Source: an uncultured delta proteobacterium (GTDB taxonomy: Bacteria; Myxococcota_A; Polyangia; Polyangiales; JAFGIB01). From it: 64,000 nt of DNA. The stretch's first letter is position 1, and every line of letters starts with the position of its first letter. The notes under the pieces were generated by a model that saw only the letters and a program-made list of their open reading frames with translations, was not told the origin of the DNA and searched no databases. A program made the position numbers and the translations under genes. The stretch lies in contig CAVZVA010000002.1 in NCBI GenBank assembly GCA_963778655.1, positions 448,001 through 512,000 of the forward strand. The letters run 5' to 3'. Below are positions 1 through 12,597 of the stretch, piece after piece.

Positions 1-696
1 CAGACCTTCCAGGATTGCGTGAACGGCGTGGTGCAACTGCCGCCCGCGCCGACCACACCGCCGCCGCCGACCTTCCCCATGCTGCCCGGAGCGGGAAGCG
101 GCAGCGGCACGGGTGGCGCGACCGGCGGCGGCGCGCTCGCCGGCGCCGATCAGTGCCGGCAGGACGCGTTGAGCTGCGTGCAGAGCGCCTCGGGACCGGG
201 CGACGTCGCGACCTGCGCCGGCGGCTACCGCACCTGCGTCGGCGCGCTGCTGCCGGCGCCGGCGACTTCCCCCGTCACCCCGCCCCCACTTCCGAGCGGC
301 GGCGGAACCACGGGCGCCGGCGCACCCGGCCTGCCGGGCATACCCGACTTGCAGGCCTGCCGCCAGGACGCGCTCACCTGCGTGGGCAACGCCAGCGGCC
401 CTGCCGACATCGCCGCGTGCAACGACGCATACCGCACCTGCGCCGGGCTGCCGGCGCTGCCGACGCTACCGACCCTGCCGTCGGGCGGCGGTGGTGCCGC
501 TGGCGCAGGCGGCGCCGGAACCCCCGGCGCCGGTACCGACTGCTTGCAGGCGCTCAGCCAGTGTCTGCTGACGGGCGGAATGCCGACCGACTGCGCCAGC
601 CAGGCCAGCGACTGCGCGGGCGTGGCCGCGCCCATGCTACCGACCCCGCCGAGCTTGCCGGGTCTGCCCGGGCTTCCGGGCGCGCCCGCGCACTGA
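1..696 (+). CDS. Cys/Pro/Gly-rich repeat protein, 5'-truncated by the window edge
   Basis: Frame is open from base 1 (QTFQDCVNG...). Two near-identical modules, CRQDALSCVQSASGPGDVATCAGGYRTC and CRQDALTCVGNASGPADIAACNDAYRTC, plus a third four-Cys module, are separated by Pro/Gly linkers. Confidence 0.7.
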   Translation, partial: QTFQDCVNGVVQLPPAPTTPPPPTFPMLPGAGSGSGTGGATGGGALAGADQCRQDALSCVQSASGPGDVATCAGGYRTCVGALLPAPATSPVTPPPLPSGGGTTGAGAPGLPGIPDLQACRQDALTCVGNASGPADIAACNDAYRTCAGLPALPTLPTLPSGGGGAAGAGGAGTPGAGTDCLQALSQCLLTGGMPTDCASQASDCAGVAAPMLPTPPSLPGLPGLPGAPAH

Positions 697-815
697 GGCG
701 CGAACGACTCGAGTCGGCACGTGATCGCCGCGGGCAGTCGACCGCAGCGCCGGTTGGCTGCTCGTGGCGTCTTGCTTGCCGCGCGCCGCACGAAGATGGA
801 GAGGCTGCGGGAGCG

Positions 816-1400
816 ATGATGACGAATCGATGGCGTGCGATGTCGCGGCCCGCGCTGATCGCTGCGGGCGTTCTCGCCTGCAGTTGCGGCGCGGCCGAGA
901 AGGCGCCCGCCGTCGGCGATCCAGGCGCTTCGGTAGCCACGCCCGCAACCGGCGGAACGGGCGCGCTCGTGACTGCGGCGGACGCGGGCGCCTCCACGGC
1001 CGATGCCGGAGCCGGCGCCGGTGCGGACACGGGCAGCGCGGGCGCCCCCGCCGCCCAGCCTCAGGCCAATGCAGGCAGCGCCACGCCGCAGTCGAACGCG
1101 TGTGCGAGCCCGCACGCGAGCGGCGGTTGCGACGATCCGGCAGTGCAGCAGTGCGTGTGCGGCAGCAGCGGCGACCCCGGGTGCTGCGACAACGCGTGGG
1201 ACGCGATCTGCGTCGGCCTGGTTCAGGGGCTCAAGTGCAAGGGCGATTGCTGCAAGGCCACCGGTGCGCTCGGCTGCGCTGACGCCACGATCGAGAGCTG
1301 CGTGTGCGCGCTCGACCAGGGCTGCTGCGCCAAAGGCTGGGACGACTTCTGCACGATCGTGGCCGAAGGCTCGTGCCAGGCCTGCGCAGCCGGCATGTAG
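816..1400 (+). CDS. Cys-rich lipoprotein
   Basis: ATG at 816 or 840, lipobox-like VLACSC, Ala/Gly DAG linker, and two CVC...D..CC...WD..C modules. The upstream part of the 15..1400 ORF is a shadow of the preceding gene. Confidence 0.7.
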   Translation: MMTNRWRAMSRPALIAAGVLACSCGAAEKAPAVGDPGASVATPATGGTGALVTAADAGASTADAGAGAGADTGSAGAPAAQPQANAGSATPQSNACASPHASGGCDDPAVQQCVCGSSGDPGCCDNAWDAICVGLVQGLKCKGDCCKATGALGCADATIESCVCALDQGCCAKGWDDFCTIVAEGSCQACAAGM

Positions 1401-1415
1401 CCGGCGAGGTGAGAC

Positions 1416-1442
1416 CAGGAAACACGAAGGCGGGAAGACGGG
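1416..1442. repeat. Dispersed repeat family A, single arm
   Basis: CAGGAAACACGAAGGCGGGAAGACGGG matches the GGAAG(A/G)CGG core seen in seven other intergenic gaps. Confidence 0.6.
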
Positions 1443-1459
1443 CAGGGGTTGGCGCCGCG

Positions 1460-5133
<3,674 letters not shown>

Positions 5134-5137
<4 letters not shown>

Positions 5138-6075
5138 GGCTTATCCTCGGGTTTCTCTGCGAACGCGGTCAGAACCGAGAAGCGCGGGGCACGGCGCTCG
5201 TGCGCGCTTACCGCGCAGGCGCTCACGCGCAAGCCGGCTTCTACCAGCATCGCGTGCAGCGCGGAAGGCGCGAAGCCCGGCTGCAGGTGGCCGTAGCCGG
5301 CGGCGATCTCCAGGTGCGTGTGTGCCTCCAGGGTGACGATCGCCAGCTGGCCGCCGGGGCGTAGCACACGCGCCGCCTCGGCCAGCGCACGCGCAGGGTC
5401 GCGCGCGCTGGCGAGCACGTTGAGCATCAGCACTTGGTCGAAACGCCCGGCCGGCAGCGGCAGCGCGTGCATGTCGGCGCATGCGCAGCGCACCTGCGGC
5501 AGCGCGCGCAGGCGGTGCTGCGCGGCCGCGACCACGCGTGGGCTGATGTCGAGGCACAGCATGGAGGCGGTGCGCGGCGCGATCAGCTCGGCGATGGCGC
5601 CGTCGCCGGAGCCGACGTCGAGCACCGCGCCCAGCCGCAGCAGCCCCGCGAACGCTCGGCAGGTCGCCTCCCAGGTGCGCCCCGGCGAATAGTGCCGCTC
5701 CATCTCGCCGGCGACGAGATCGGGCCAGCGCGGATCGGCGCTGCGCGCCCGCACGACCTCGCGCGCGCGGGCGGCGTCGGCGGCCAGCAGCTCGCCCTGC
5801 AGGTCTTGCTCGAGCGTGCGCCAGAGCTTGGCGGGAAGCTCCGGGATCTGCTCGCTCAGCCGGTAGAAGCTCGCGCTTCCGACCCGCCGGTCGCGCACCA
5901 GCCCCGCCTCCCGCAGGCGCCCCAAATGGGTGGAAACGCGGGACTGGCCGAGCTCCGTGATGGCCACCAGCTCGCTCACGCTCAGCTCCTGCCCTGCCAC
6001 CAGCGCAAGCAGGCGCAAACGCGTGGGATCAGCAAAAAGCTGCATCATCTCAGTAGCTTGGTCGACCGCGTCCAT
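5134..6075 (-). CDS. ArsR-family HTH plus SAM-dependent methyltransferase-domain regulator (SahR-like)
   Basis: N-terminal ADPTRLRLL...ELSVSEL...[18 protein letters not shown]-terminal VLDVGSGDG and RVLRPGG motifs. Its stop overlaps the metH start (ATGA). Confidence 0.92.
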
Positions 6076-6090
6076 CGCTCTAGCCGTTTC

Positions 6091-6109
6091 ATCAATGAAT
6101 CATGATTGA
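6091..6109. promoter_or_regulatory. AT-rich palindrome, putative operator of the ArsR-methyltransferase/metH operon
   Basis: ATCAATGAATCATGATTGA contains TCAAT-N8-ATTGA, ATCA-N8-TGAT and the perfect palindrome AATCATGATT. It lies about 15 bp upstream of the regulator start. Confidence 0.6.
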
Positions 6110-6158
6110 CGGATTATAGCGGTGCCGCTCGCCGCGTCAACTCTCTGCGCTCGGTCAT

Positions 6159-6301
6159 CGCGTACCCGTGCTCGTCGCGTACCCGTGCTCGTGCGCGTAC
6201 CCGTGCTCGTGCGCGTACCCGTGCTCGTGCGCGTACCCGTGCTCGTGCGCGTACCCGTGCTCGTGCGCGTACCCGTGCTCGTGCGCGTACCCGTGCTCGT
6301 G
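6159..6301. repeat. 18-bp tandem repeat, 8 copies
   Basis: (CGCGTACCCGTGCTCGTG)x7 perfect, preceded by one 17-nt copy. No spacers. Confidence 0.97.
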
Positions 6302-6302
6302 C

Positions 6303-7658
6303 TCAGTTGGCGCCGCGTTTGGGCAGCCCGACTACTTCAAATTCCCCGATCGCCTTGGCAATGGTCTCGAACAGCGGCTCCACCTGCTCCAGCTCGAGAC
6401 ACGAGAACGCGATGCGCAGATCGCTGTCGGCGGTCGCGATCAAGCCGACCTGGTGGCGCTCGAGCAGTTGCTCGCGCAGCTTGTGCGCGCTCACGCCCTT
6501 GACCTTGATCAGCATGAAGTAGCCGCTGTTGAAGGGGTACACGTCCCAGCAGGGCTCGAAACGCGGCTGCCTGGCCACGCGGTAGACTTCCTTGGCGCGC
6601 GCCTCGAGCAGGCCGCGCTTCTGTGCGCGCTCGGCGTCGATCGCGCTCGCCGACAGCGCCTTCTCGACCAGGGTTTGCGTGAGCTGCGGGCTGTTGCTGA
6701 CCACCGCGCGGATGTCGCCGCGGGTCTTGGCGTCCAGCACATCGAGCACCTCTGCCGAGCCCTCTGCCCGGCCCGGTCCGAACGAGATGAAGCCGCAGCG
6801 CAGACCCCACACGAACAGCTCCTTGGTCGCGCCGTCGAGCTTCACCGCCAGCAGGTTCGGATGCAGGTTGGTCAGGCGGCCGAACAGCGACTCGGTCATG
6901 GAGCGCCCGCCCAGGTGATAGAACAGGCCGAAGTACGCGTCGTCGCACAGCACGACCAGCTTGGTCCCGGCCTTGGCCCGGGCTTCCAGCGCGGCCACGA
7001 TCGCCTCGCCCTCGGCGTCAGTCGGCATGTAGCCGGTCGGGTTGTTGGGAAAGTTCAGCAACACGACCAGCTTGTCGCGGCCCTGGGCGTGGCGCTCGAG
7101 CGCGTCGCGGAAGGCCGCGCTGTTGAAGCCCTGCCCGGCGAAGAAGCCGAACGTCTCGATCCGAGCACCCAGGCGCACCTCGAGCTCGAGCCGGTAGTTG
7201 CCCCACAGCTGGTCGGGCATGATCACGACGTCGCCCGGATCGACGAACAGGTCCGCCGCGAGCGCGATGCCGTGGGTGATCGCGCTGGTCACGATCGGCA
7301 TGCCCCAGCTCTTGCCGCGCAGCGCGGGGTTTTCCTCCTGCAGCTTCTTGCGCCACAGCTCGCGCAAGCCCTGGCGGCCGCTGGGGGGCGCATAGTTGTA
7401 GGCATCCGCGGGCGAGATGCCGCCGAGCGCGGCGTGGATCGAAGGCAGGTACATCGGCTGGCCGCCCTCGGTGGCGATGCCGATGGTGGCGTTGATGCGC
7501 TTGGCCTTTTGTTTGGCCTCGGCGCCCTGACTGAGAATGCCCTTGGGGAAGTAGAGGCGCTTGCCCAGCGCCGAGAGCATCGCGAACACTTCCGGCGCTG
7601 CAGCTTGCAGGCGCTCGTTGAGGGCGCGCGCCAGCGGGTTGTAGCTCGACTCGACCAT
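6303..7658 (-). CDS. PLP-dependent aminotransferase class I/II
   Basis: INATIG, LNFPNNPTGY, CDDAYFG and KLDGATKE...WGLRCG (PLP lysine region). Confidence 0.92.
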   Translation of the reverse strand: MVESSYNPLARALNERLQAAAPEVFAMLSALGKRLYFPKGILSQGAEAKQKAKRINATIGIATEGGQPMYLPSIHAALGGISPADAYNYAPPSGRQGLRELWRKKLQEENPALRGKSWGMPIVTSAITHGIALAADLFVDPGDVVIMPDQLWGNYRLELEVRLGARIETFGFFAGQGFNSAAFRDALERHAQGRDKLVVLLNFPNNPTGYMPTDAEGEAIVAALEARAKAGTKLVVLCDDAYFGLFYHLGGRSMTESLFGRLTNLHPNLLAVKLDGATKELFVWGLRCGFISFGPGRAEGSAEVLDVLDAKTRGDIRAVVSNSPQLTQTLVEKALSASAIDAERAQKRGLLEARAKEVYRVARQPRFEPCWDVYPFNSGYFMLIKVKGVSAHKLREQLLERHQVGLIATADSDLRIAFSCLELEQVEPLFETIAKAIGEFEVVGLPKRGAN

Positions 7659-7813
7659 GACCTTCCTCGCGGCTGCGGATAGCGAATACCGGCGGCAGTC
7701 TAGATGAGCGCCTGCGATTGTCGAGCGCGAGCCGGCGGGACTTGCGCGGCGGCGCGGGCCCCGGCAATGTGGGGCCGCTTTCGGGCGCCACCCGGCGGCC
7801 GGGCGTTTCGATC

Positions 7814-8533
7814 ATGAGCCAGCTCGTCCTGATTCGACATGGCCAGGCCGCGGCCTTCACCGCGGACGCGGACCGCCTGACCGAGCTCGGCCGGCGCCAG
7901 GCACGCAAGCTCGGCGAATACCTGCTGGCGCGGGGCCTGGGCTTCGACGAGGTGCACAGCGGCACGCTGCAGCGCCAGGTGGAAACCGAGCAAATCGTGG
8001 GCGAGACGCTGCGCGCGGGCGGCGCGGCCTGGCCCGAGGCGCGGCGCGACGCCGCCTGGAACGAGTACGACGCTGGGGCGATCAACGCCAAGCTGGGGCC
8101 GCTGCTGTCCGCGCGCGACCCCGGCTACGCCAAGCTGGTGCAGGACTTCCAGCAGCGGGCGCAGGCGCGCGACCGCAACCGTTACTTCCAGCGCATGTTC
8201 GAGGCGCTGATGGCGCGCTGGGTGGACGGCGAGCTGGACGCGGAGGGGGTCGAGCCGTTCGCCACGTTTCACGGCCGGGTGGCGCGGGCGCGCGCCGAGA
8301 TCCTCGGGCGCGAGGGCAGCCGCCGGGTCGGCGTGTTCACCTCGGGCGGGCCGATCGGCGTGTGCGTGCAACTCGCGCTGCAGGCGCCGGAGGCGATGGC
8401 GGTGCAGCTCAACTGGCGGGTCAAGAACGGCTCGCTCACCGAGTTCCTGTTCTCGGGCCCCGAGCGGTTGTCGCTCGATGCCTTCAACAACGTGGCGCAT
8501 CTGGACGACCCCGAGCTGCAGAGCTTCCGGTGA
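7814..8533 (+). CDS. Histidine phosphatase (phosphoglycerate mutase) family protein
   Basis: MSQLVLIRHGQA (RHG motif), SGTLQRQVET, WNEYD, VFTSGG and FNNVAHL. Confidence 0.9.
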   Translation: MSQLVLIRHGQAAAFTADADRLTELGRRQARKLGEYLLARGLGFDEVHSGTLQRQVETEQIVGETLRAGGAAWPEARRDAAWNEYDAGAINAKLGPLLSARDPGYAKLVQDFQQRAQARDRNRYFQRMFEALMARWVDGELDAEGVEPFATFHGRVARARAEILGREGSRRVGVFTSGGPIGVCVQLALQAPEAMAVQLNWRVKNGSLTEFLFSGPERLSLDAFNNVAHLDDPELQSFR

Positions 8534-8542
8534 AGGGACTTC

Positions 8543-8582
8543 ACAGGAAGGCGTTGCTCTTCCCGTCTTCCCGCCTGCCTGT
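8543..8582. repeat. Dispersed repeat family A, inverted pair
   Basis: ACAGGAAGGCG ... CCCGTCTTCCCGCCTGCCTGT between convergent genes. Confidence 0.7.
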
Positions 8583-8609
8583 TACATCTTTGAGAGGCCC
8601 GCACCGGGG

Positions 8610-9488
8610 TCAGCGCTGGCAGTGGGGGCAGTAGAAGCTGGAGCGTTGGCCGATTACCGTGCGGCGGATGCAGGTGCCACAGCTCCTGCAGGGCTCGCCC
8701 TTGCGGGCGTAGACGCGGCGCTCGTCCTGGTAGCCGCCGTCGCTGCCGTCCGGACGCACGTAGTCGCTGATGCTGGAGCCGCCGGTTTCGATCGAGCGCA
8801 GCATCACCTGCTGGGCCGCGGCCACCAGGCGCGCGCAGCGGGCGCGCCCCAGCTTGCGCGCGGGCGTGCTCGGGCGCACGCCCGAAAGAAACAGCGCCTC
8901 GTCGGCGTAGATGTTGCCGATGCCGGCCAGCACCTGTTGGTCGAGCAGCACGCTCTTGATCGCCGCCTTGCGGGTGCGCGCAGCGGCGTACAGGTCCTCG
9001 CCCACCGCGGCGAGCGCGTCGACGCCGAGCTTGTCCAACCGCTCGCAACGCTCGTGCTCGCGCAGCAGCTGCACCTTGCCGAACTTGCGGGCGTCGCGAA
9101 AGTAGATCGCCGGGCCCGCGTCGCCGAAGCGCAGCCGCAGGTGGGTGTGGCGATCGGGCGCAAAGCCCGCGGCCTGGCGCTCGGGCGAGAGCGCGGCGGC
9201 CGCGGCCGAAACCAGCAGCCGCGGGCTGCTCGCGCCCGCCGCGAACAGCTGCCCGGTCATGCCCAGGTGCAGCAGCAAACGGCTGCGGTCGTCGAGCTCG
9301 GCGATCAGGTACTTGCCGTGGCGCTGCAGGCGCTCGACCCGGCGCCCGCGCAGCGCGCGCGCGAGCGCCCGCGGCGGGGTGAGGAAGAAGTAGCTGGCCG
9401 CGGTCGTCGTGACGTCCGCGATGGTGCGTCCCACCAGCAGCGGCGCGATCTGGCGGCGTGTGACCTCGACCTCAGGCAGCTCGGGCAT
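8610..9488 (-). CDS. mutM: Formamidopyrimidine-DNA glycosylase
   Basis: N-terminal MPELPEVE (true start 9488), RHGKYL, HLGMTG, DARKFG, GIGNIYADEALF and a C-terminal CxxC...CxxC zinc finger. Confidence 0.97.
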   Translation of the reverse strand: MPELPEVEVTRRQIAPLLVGRTIADVTTTAASYFFLTPPRALARALRGRRVERLQRHGKYLIAELDDRSRLLLHLGMTGQLFAAGASSPRLLVSAAAAALSPERQAAGFAPDRHTHLRLRFGDAGPAIYFRDARKFGKVQLLREHERCERLDKLGVDALAAVGEDLYAAARTRKAAIKSVLLDQQVLAGIGNIYADEALFLSGVRPSTPARKLGRARCARLVAAAQQVMLRSIETGGSSISDYVRPDGSDGGYQDERRVYARKGEPCRSCGTCIRRTVIGQRSSFYCPHCQR

Positions 9489-9752
9489 GTGTTGCGCGAG
9501 CCTACAGTCTGTGCCGCGCGCTGGCATGTGCCATCTGCCGCCGGCGGCGCCCGGGTTGCGCTGGCGAGCAGATCCACGCACTTGCGGCCCTCGCGCGTGG
9601 AAAGCCTCGCGGCTGTGGCCACGCGGAGATCCGCTTTACGGCTTTCGCAGCTCGCAGCGCTCTCGTACCCTTGCTAGTGCTCTGGCCGTGGGGTTGCGGG
9701 TCTCCGTGCACCCGCTCGGCGGCCAGCGCAAAGGGCGCGCAGAACCGCGGAC

Positions 9753-10391
9753 ATGGCTCGATTGCTCGGAACATCGCTGCTGTGTCTGCTGGCCGCCTGC
9801 GGCGCCAGCGCGAGCGGCGCGGGCAAGGAGCTGAGCAGTATGCCGCGGCCCGACGACCTGCACCCGGCGCAGTACGAGCAGGCGTTCGCCAGCTACCAGC
9901 GCGCCTGCGATCGCGGCGAGCCCAAGGGCTGCGGCTACCTCGGCTTCATGTACGACAACGGCTTCGGGGTGGCGACCGACACGGCGCTCGCGATCGAGCT
10001 GTCGGAGCGCGCGTGCGGCGAGGGCAGCGCGTACGGCTGCGCGTACCTCGGCTACCTGTATCGCATCGGACGCGGGGTGCTGCGCGACGACGACCGCGCG
10101 GCCAAGCTGTTCCGGCGCGCGTGCGAGGACGACGAGCTGAGCGGCTGCGTGGGGCTGGCGATCATGTACAAGTCGGGCTCGGGCGTGCCGCGCGACTTCG
10201 AATACGCTGCGCGGCTGTTCCGCCGTGCGTGCGACCAGGGCGATCCGCTCGCGTGCTACAGCCTCGGCTACATGTACGCGAACGGCGAGGGCGTCGACCG
10301 TGACATGGAGCAGGCGGGCCGGCTGTTCCGGAGCGCCTGCGAAAGCGGCGACCGCGTGGGCTGCGACGCCGCCAAACAACTGCGGAAATAG
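9753..10391 (+). CDS. Sel1-like repeat lipoprotein (Cys-rich, Hcp-like)
   Basis: LAAC lipobox and repeated RAC..G...GC..LG.MY..G.GV..D units. Confidence 0.88.
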   Translation: MARLLGTSLLCLLAACGASASGAGKELSSMPRPDDLHPAQYEQAFASYQRACDRGEPKGCGYLGFMYDNGFGVATDTALAIELSERACGEGSAYGCAYLGYLYRIGRGVLRDDDRAAKLFRRACEDDELSGCVGLAIMYKSGSGVPRDFEYAARLFRRACDQGDPLACYSLGYMYANGEGVDRDMEQAGRLFRSACESGDRVGCDAAKQLRK

Positions 10392-10433
10392 CGGCGGTCG
10401 CCGCATCGGGCACGGCGGCTTGCCAAGCTTCCA

Positions 10434-11309
10434 GTGACGCCGGACAATCCTCGCATGCTGCTATCGCGCGAGGAGATGACGCTGGATTTCGCGGGTGCGC
10501 GGCTCCACCCGGAGCGCGATCGCGAGATCTTGCAGTGGATCTTCAACCAGTTCCTGTACGGCGAGGTGACCGGCATTCAGGTCGGGCAGTGGCTGTACGA
10601 CGCGCCCGATCTGGAGTCGGCGCGCTTCCTGGCCAAGCAGGCGATCGAGGAGCTGCAGCACATCGGAAACTTCCTGCGCATCATGCAGATGCTCGGGCTC
10701 ACGCCGGGCAAGCCGCACCCGGTGATCCGCTTTCTGGCCACCGGCATGATGGCCGACAGCTGGGCCGAGCACGTCTCGATGGAGATGGCGACCGGCGAGG
10801 GCTTCGTGCTGATGGCGTTCTACGCGATGATCGACACGCTCGACCATCCCGAAGCGGTGGAGATCCTGGCGCGCGCGGTACGTCAGGAGGAAGGGCACGT
10901 CGACTTCGGCGAGCAGCAAACCATGCGTCTGGTGGCCCGCGATCCTGGGCTGCGGCGCAGGCTGCTGGGCCTGAGCCTGGTGTGGATGTGGGGCGTGCGC
11001 CGGCTCGCGCGCTTCATGCAGAGCCGCTTGCCCGCGCACGACGCGTTGCGGCGCCTGCCGGATTTCCTGGCGCTGTGTCTGCAGTGCAACGAGCTGCGGC
11101 TGCAGCGCATGGGCGTGCTCGACCGGCCGCTCGCCGAGCTCGGCGCGGCGCACGAGGCGGCGCTGATCGCCGAGGCCTACGCGCGCAAGAGCCGCGACGC
11201 CACGCTCAAGCTGCTGCGCGTGCCCGAGCTGCGCGGCAAGAAGCGGCTGACCGAGACCTACCTCGACGATCCCGCAGTGCGCGCCCTAGCGAGCATGCAG
11301 GATGGGTGA
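10434..11309 (+). CDS. Ferritin-like (di-iron four-helix bundle) protein
   Basis: E...ExxH...E...ExxH pattern: YGEVTG, IEELQH, GEG, QEEGH. Start may be ATG 10455. Confidence 0.75.
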   Translation: MTPDNPRMLLSREEMTLDFAGARLHPERDREILQWIFNQFLYGEVTGIQVGQWLYDAPDLESARFLAKQAIEELQHIGNFLRIMQMLGLTPGKPHPVIRFLATGMMADSWAEHVSMEMATGEGFVLMAFYAMIDTLDHPEAVEILARAVRQEEGHVDFGEQQTMRLVARDPGLRRRLLGLSLVWMWGVRRLARFMQSRLPAHDALRRLPDFLALCLQCNELRLQRMGVLDRPLAELGAAHEAALIAEAYARKSRDATLKLLRVPELRGKKRLTETYLDDPAVRALASMQDG

Positions 11310-11333
11310 AGGGTCGGGCCGAATCTCCTTTCG

Positions 11334-11350
11334 GAATCACAGGAAGGCGG
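11334..11350. repeat. Dispersed repeat family A, single arm
   Basis: GAATCACAGGAAGGCGG is the exact reverse complement of 15909-15925. Confidence 0.65.
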
Positions 11351-11374
11351 CATGCCTGGAGATCGGGGAGGCGG

Positions 11375-12559
11375 TCAGGGGTGGGGGATGCGCCAGAGCT
11401 GGGAGCCGGGGAGCATGGCGACCGTCAGATAGACGGCGGTGTCGTCCACGTCGAGGCCGCTCGCCGTGCCGGCACCCTTGACCACCAGGCCGCAGCTGCT
11501 GCCGTCGAGCGCGGTCCAGCCGACGTTGCCGCCGTCGTCCAGGAAGTAGAGCCGCTGGCCGATCAGCAGCATGCGCGTGATCAGGCCGAAGGCGGAGCCG
11601 CCCGGGCCGGGGCCGCCGCGCGCGAGCGGCTTGCGCACGGCGGGCTGGCCGATCGGGGTGCTGCGAATCTCGCCGCCGTCCGCCCAGTACAGGGTGGTGC
11701 CATCGCTCTCGACCGCGCCCACGCCGAAGGTCGAGCCCGTGGTCAGCGTCTCGGGGCTGCTGCCCTCGAGGATAGACACGCGCGCGACCTGCAGCCCGGG
11801 CGCGTCGGCGTAGTAGAGCAACCCGGAGCGTAGCTTCATGTCGTTAGCCGCAACGCCGCTGACGATCGTCGTGGGCGGCGTGCCGTCGAGCGGAAAGCGC
11901 AGCAGGGTGTGTCCCGGCACGTCGGCGAAGTACAGATTCGCGGCGTCGAAGTTGAAGTAGGAGACCGCGTGCTGCAGGCCGCCCCCAACCAGCTCCGGCG
12001 TGGCGTTGGTCGCGCTCAGCGAGGTCTTCCAGATCGAGCCGTTCTGGAACCAGTACAGGTGCAGATCGGCAGCCAGGATTTCGCTGACTCCGCCGGCTGA
12101 GGCGACGCGCTCGAGCGCGCCGCCGGCCGCGGGCACCCGGAAGATGCCGTCCTTCGCATCGACCACGAACAACCCGGAGGATGAGCTCGCCAGCGCCGAA
12201 AGCTGGCGCGGTCCCGTGTAGAGCACGCTGAGCGCGGAGCCGAGCGCGTCCGGCGAGGGCCCGTCGGGTGTGCAAGCCTGGGGGCTCGGCGCGGGACCGC
12301 GCGGGGCGATCGGCAGCTGCGGCGCGGCGTCCGCAACGGGCGGCGCGGCGTCGTGAGCCGCGTCGAAACCGATCGTCGCCGGCGTGCCGCCAGCATCCGG
12401 GATGCACGCCAGCTGTGCGCACGGGTCTTGGGGCGCGTGCTTGGAACACGCACCCGCGTGAAGCGCGAGAGCGCACGCCCCCAGCAGCAGCATCGCCGCC
12501 CGCCCGCTGGCGCCGGCCGCGCGGGACGCCGCCCCGCGCAGTGTCGACCTTCCCCGCAT
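11375..12559 (-). CDS. Lipoprotein with beta-propeller-like repeats
   Basis: Signal/lipobox LHAGAC, DAG/DAA Pro-rich linker, and repeated D...LYW/LYF/LYY blades. Start is 12559 or 12493; the rest of the 843-aa ORF is a shadow of the Pmt gene. Confidence 0.75.
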   Translation of the reverse strand: MRGRSTLRGAASRAAGASGRAAMLLLGACALALHAGACSKHAPQDPCAQLACIPDAGGTPATIGFDAAHDAAPPVADAAPQLPIAPRGPAPSPQACTPDGPSPDALGSALSVLYTGPRQLSALASSSSGLFVVDAKDGIFRVPAAGGALERVASAGGVSEILAADLHLYWFQNGSIWKTSLSATNATPELVGGGLQHAVSYFNFDAANLYFADVPGHTLLRFPLDGTPPTTIVSGVAANDMKLRSGLLYYADAPGLQVARVSILEGSSPETLTTGSTFGVGAVESDGTTLYWADGGEIRSTPIGQPAVRKPLARGGPGPGGSAFGLITRMLLIGQRLYFLDDGGNVGWTALDGSSCGLVVKGAGTASGLDVDDTAVYLTVAMLPGSQLWRIPHP

Positions 12560-12597
12560 CCCGCGCTCCTGCGTGTGCCCGTCAGCATACACTCCGA

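Noticed and set aside
6076..6158. SAM, SAH or cobalamin riboswitch upstream of metH
   Set aside because: The space is too short and has no recognisable conserved cores; the protein regulator and operator explain control.
6159..6301. Possible CRISPR array
   Set aside because: The units are contiguous with no unique spacers, only 18 bp long, and no cas genes are in the window.
6106..7682. ORFs reading RARART, VPVLVR or AYPCSC repeats
   Set aside because: These are translations of the 18-bp DNA repeat, antisense to a well-supported aminotransferase.
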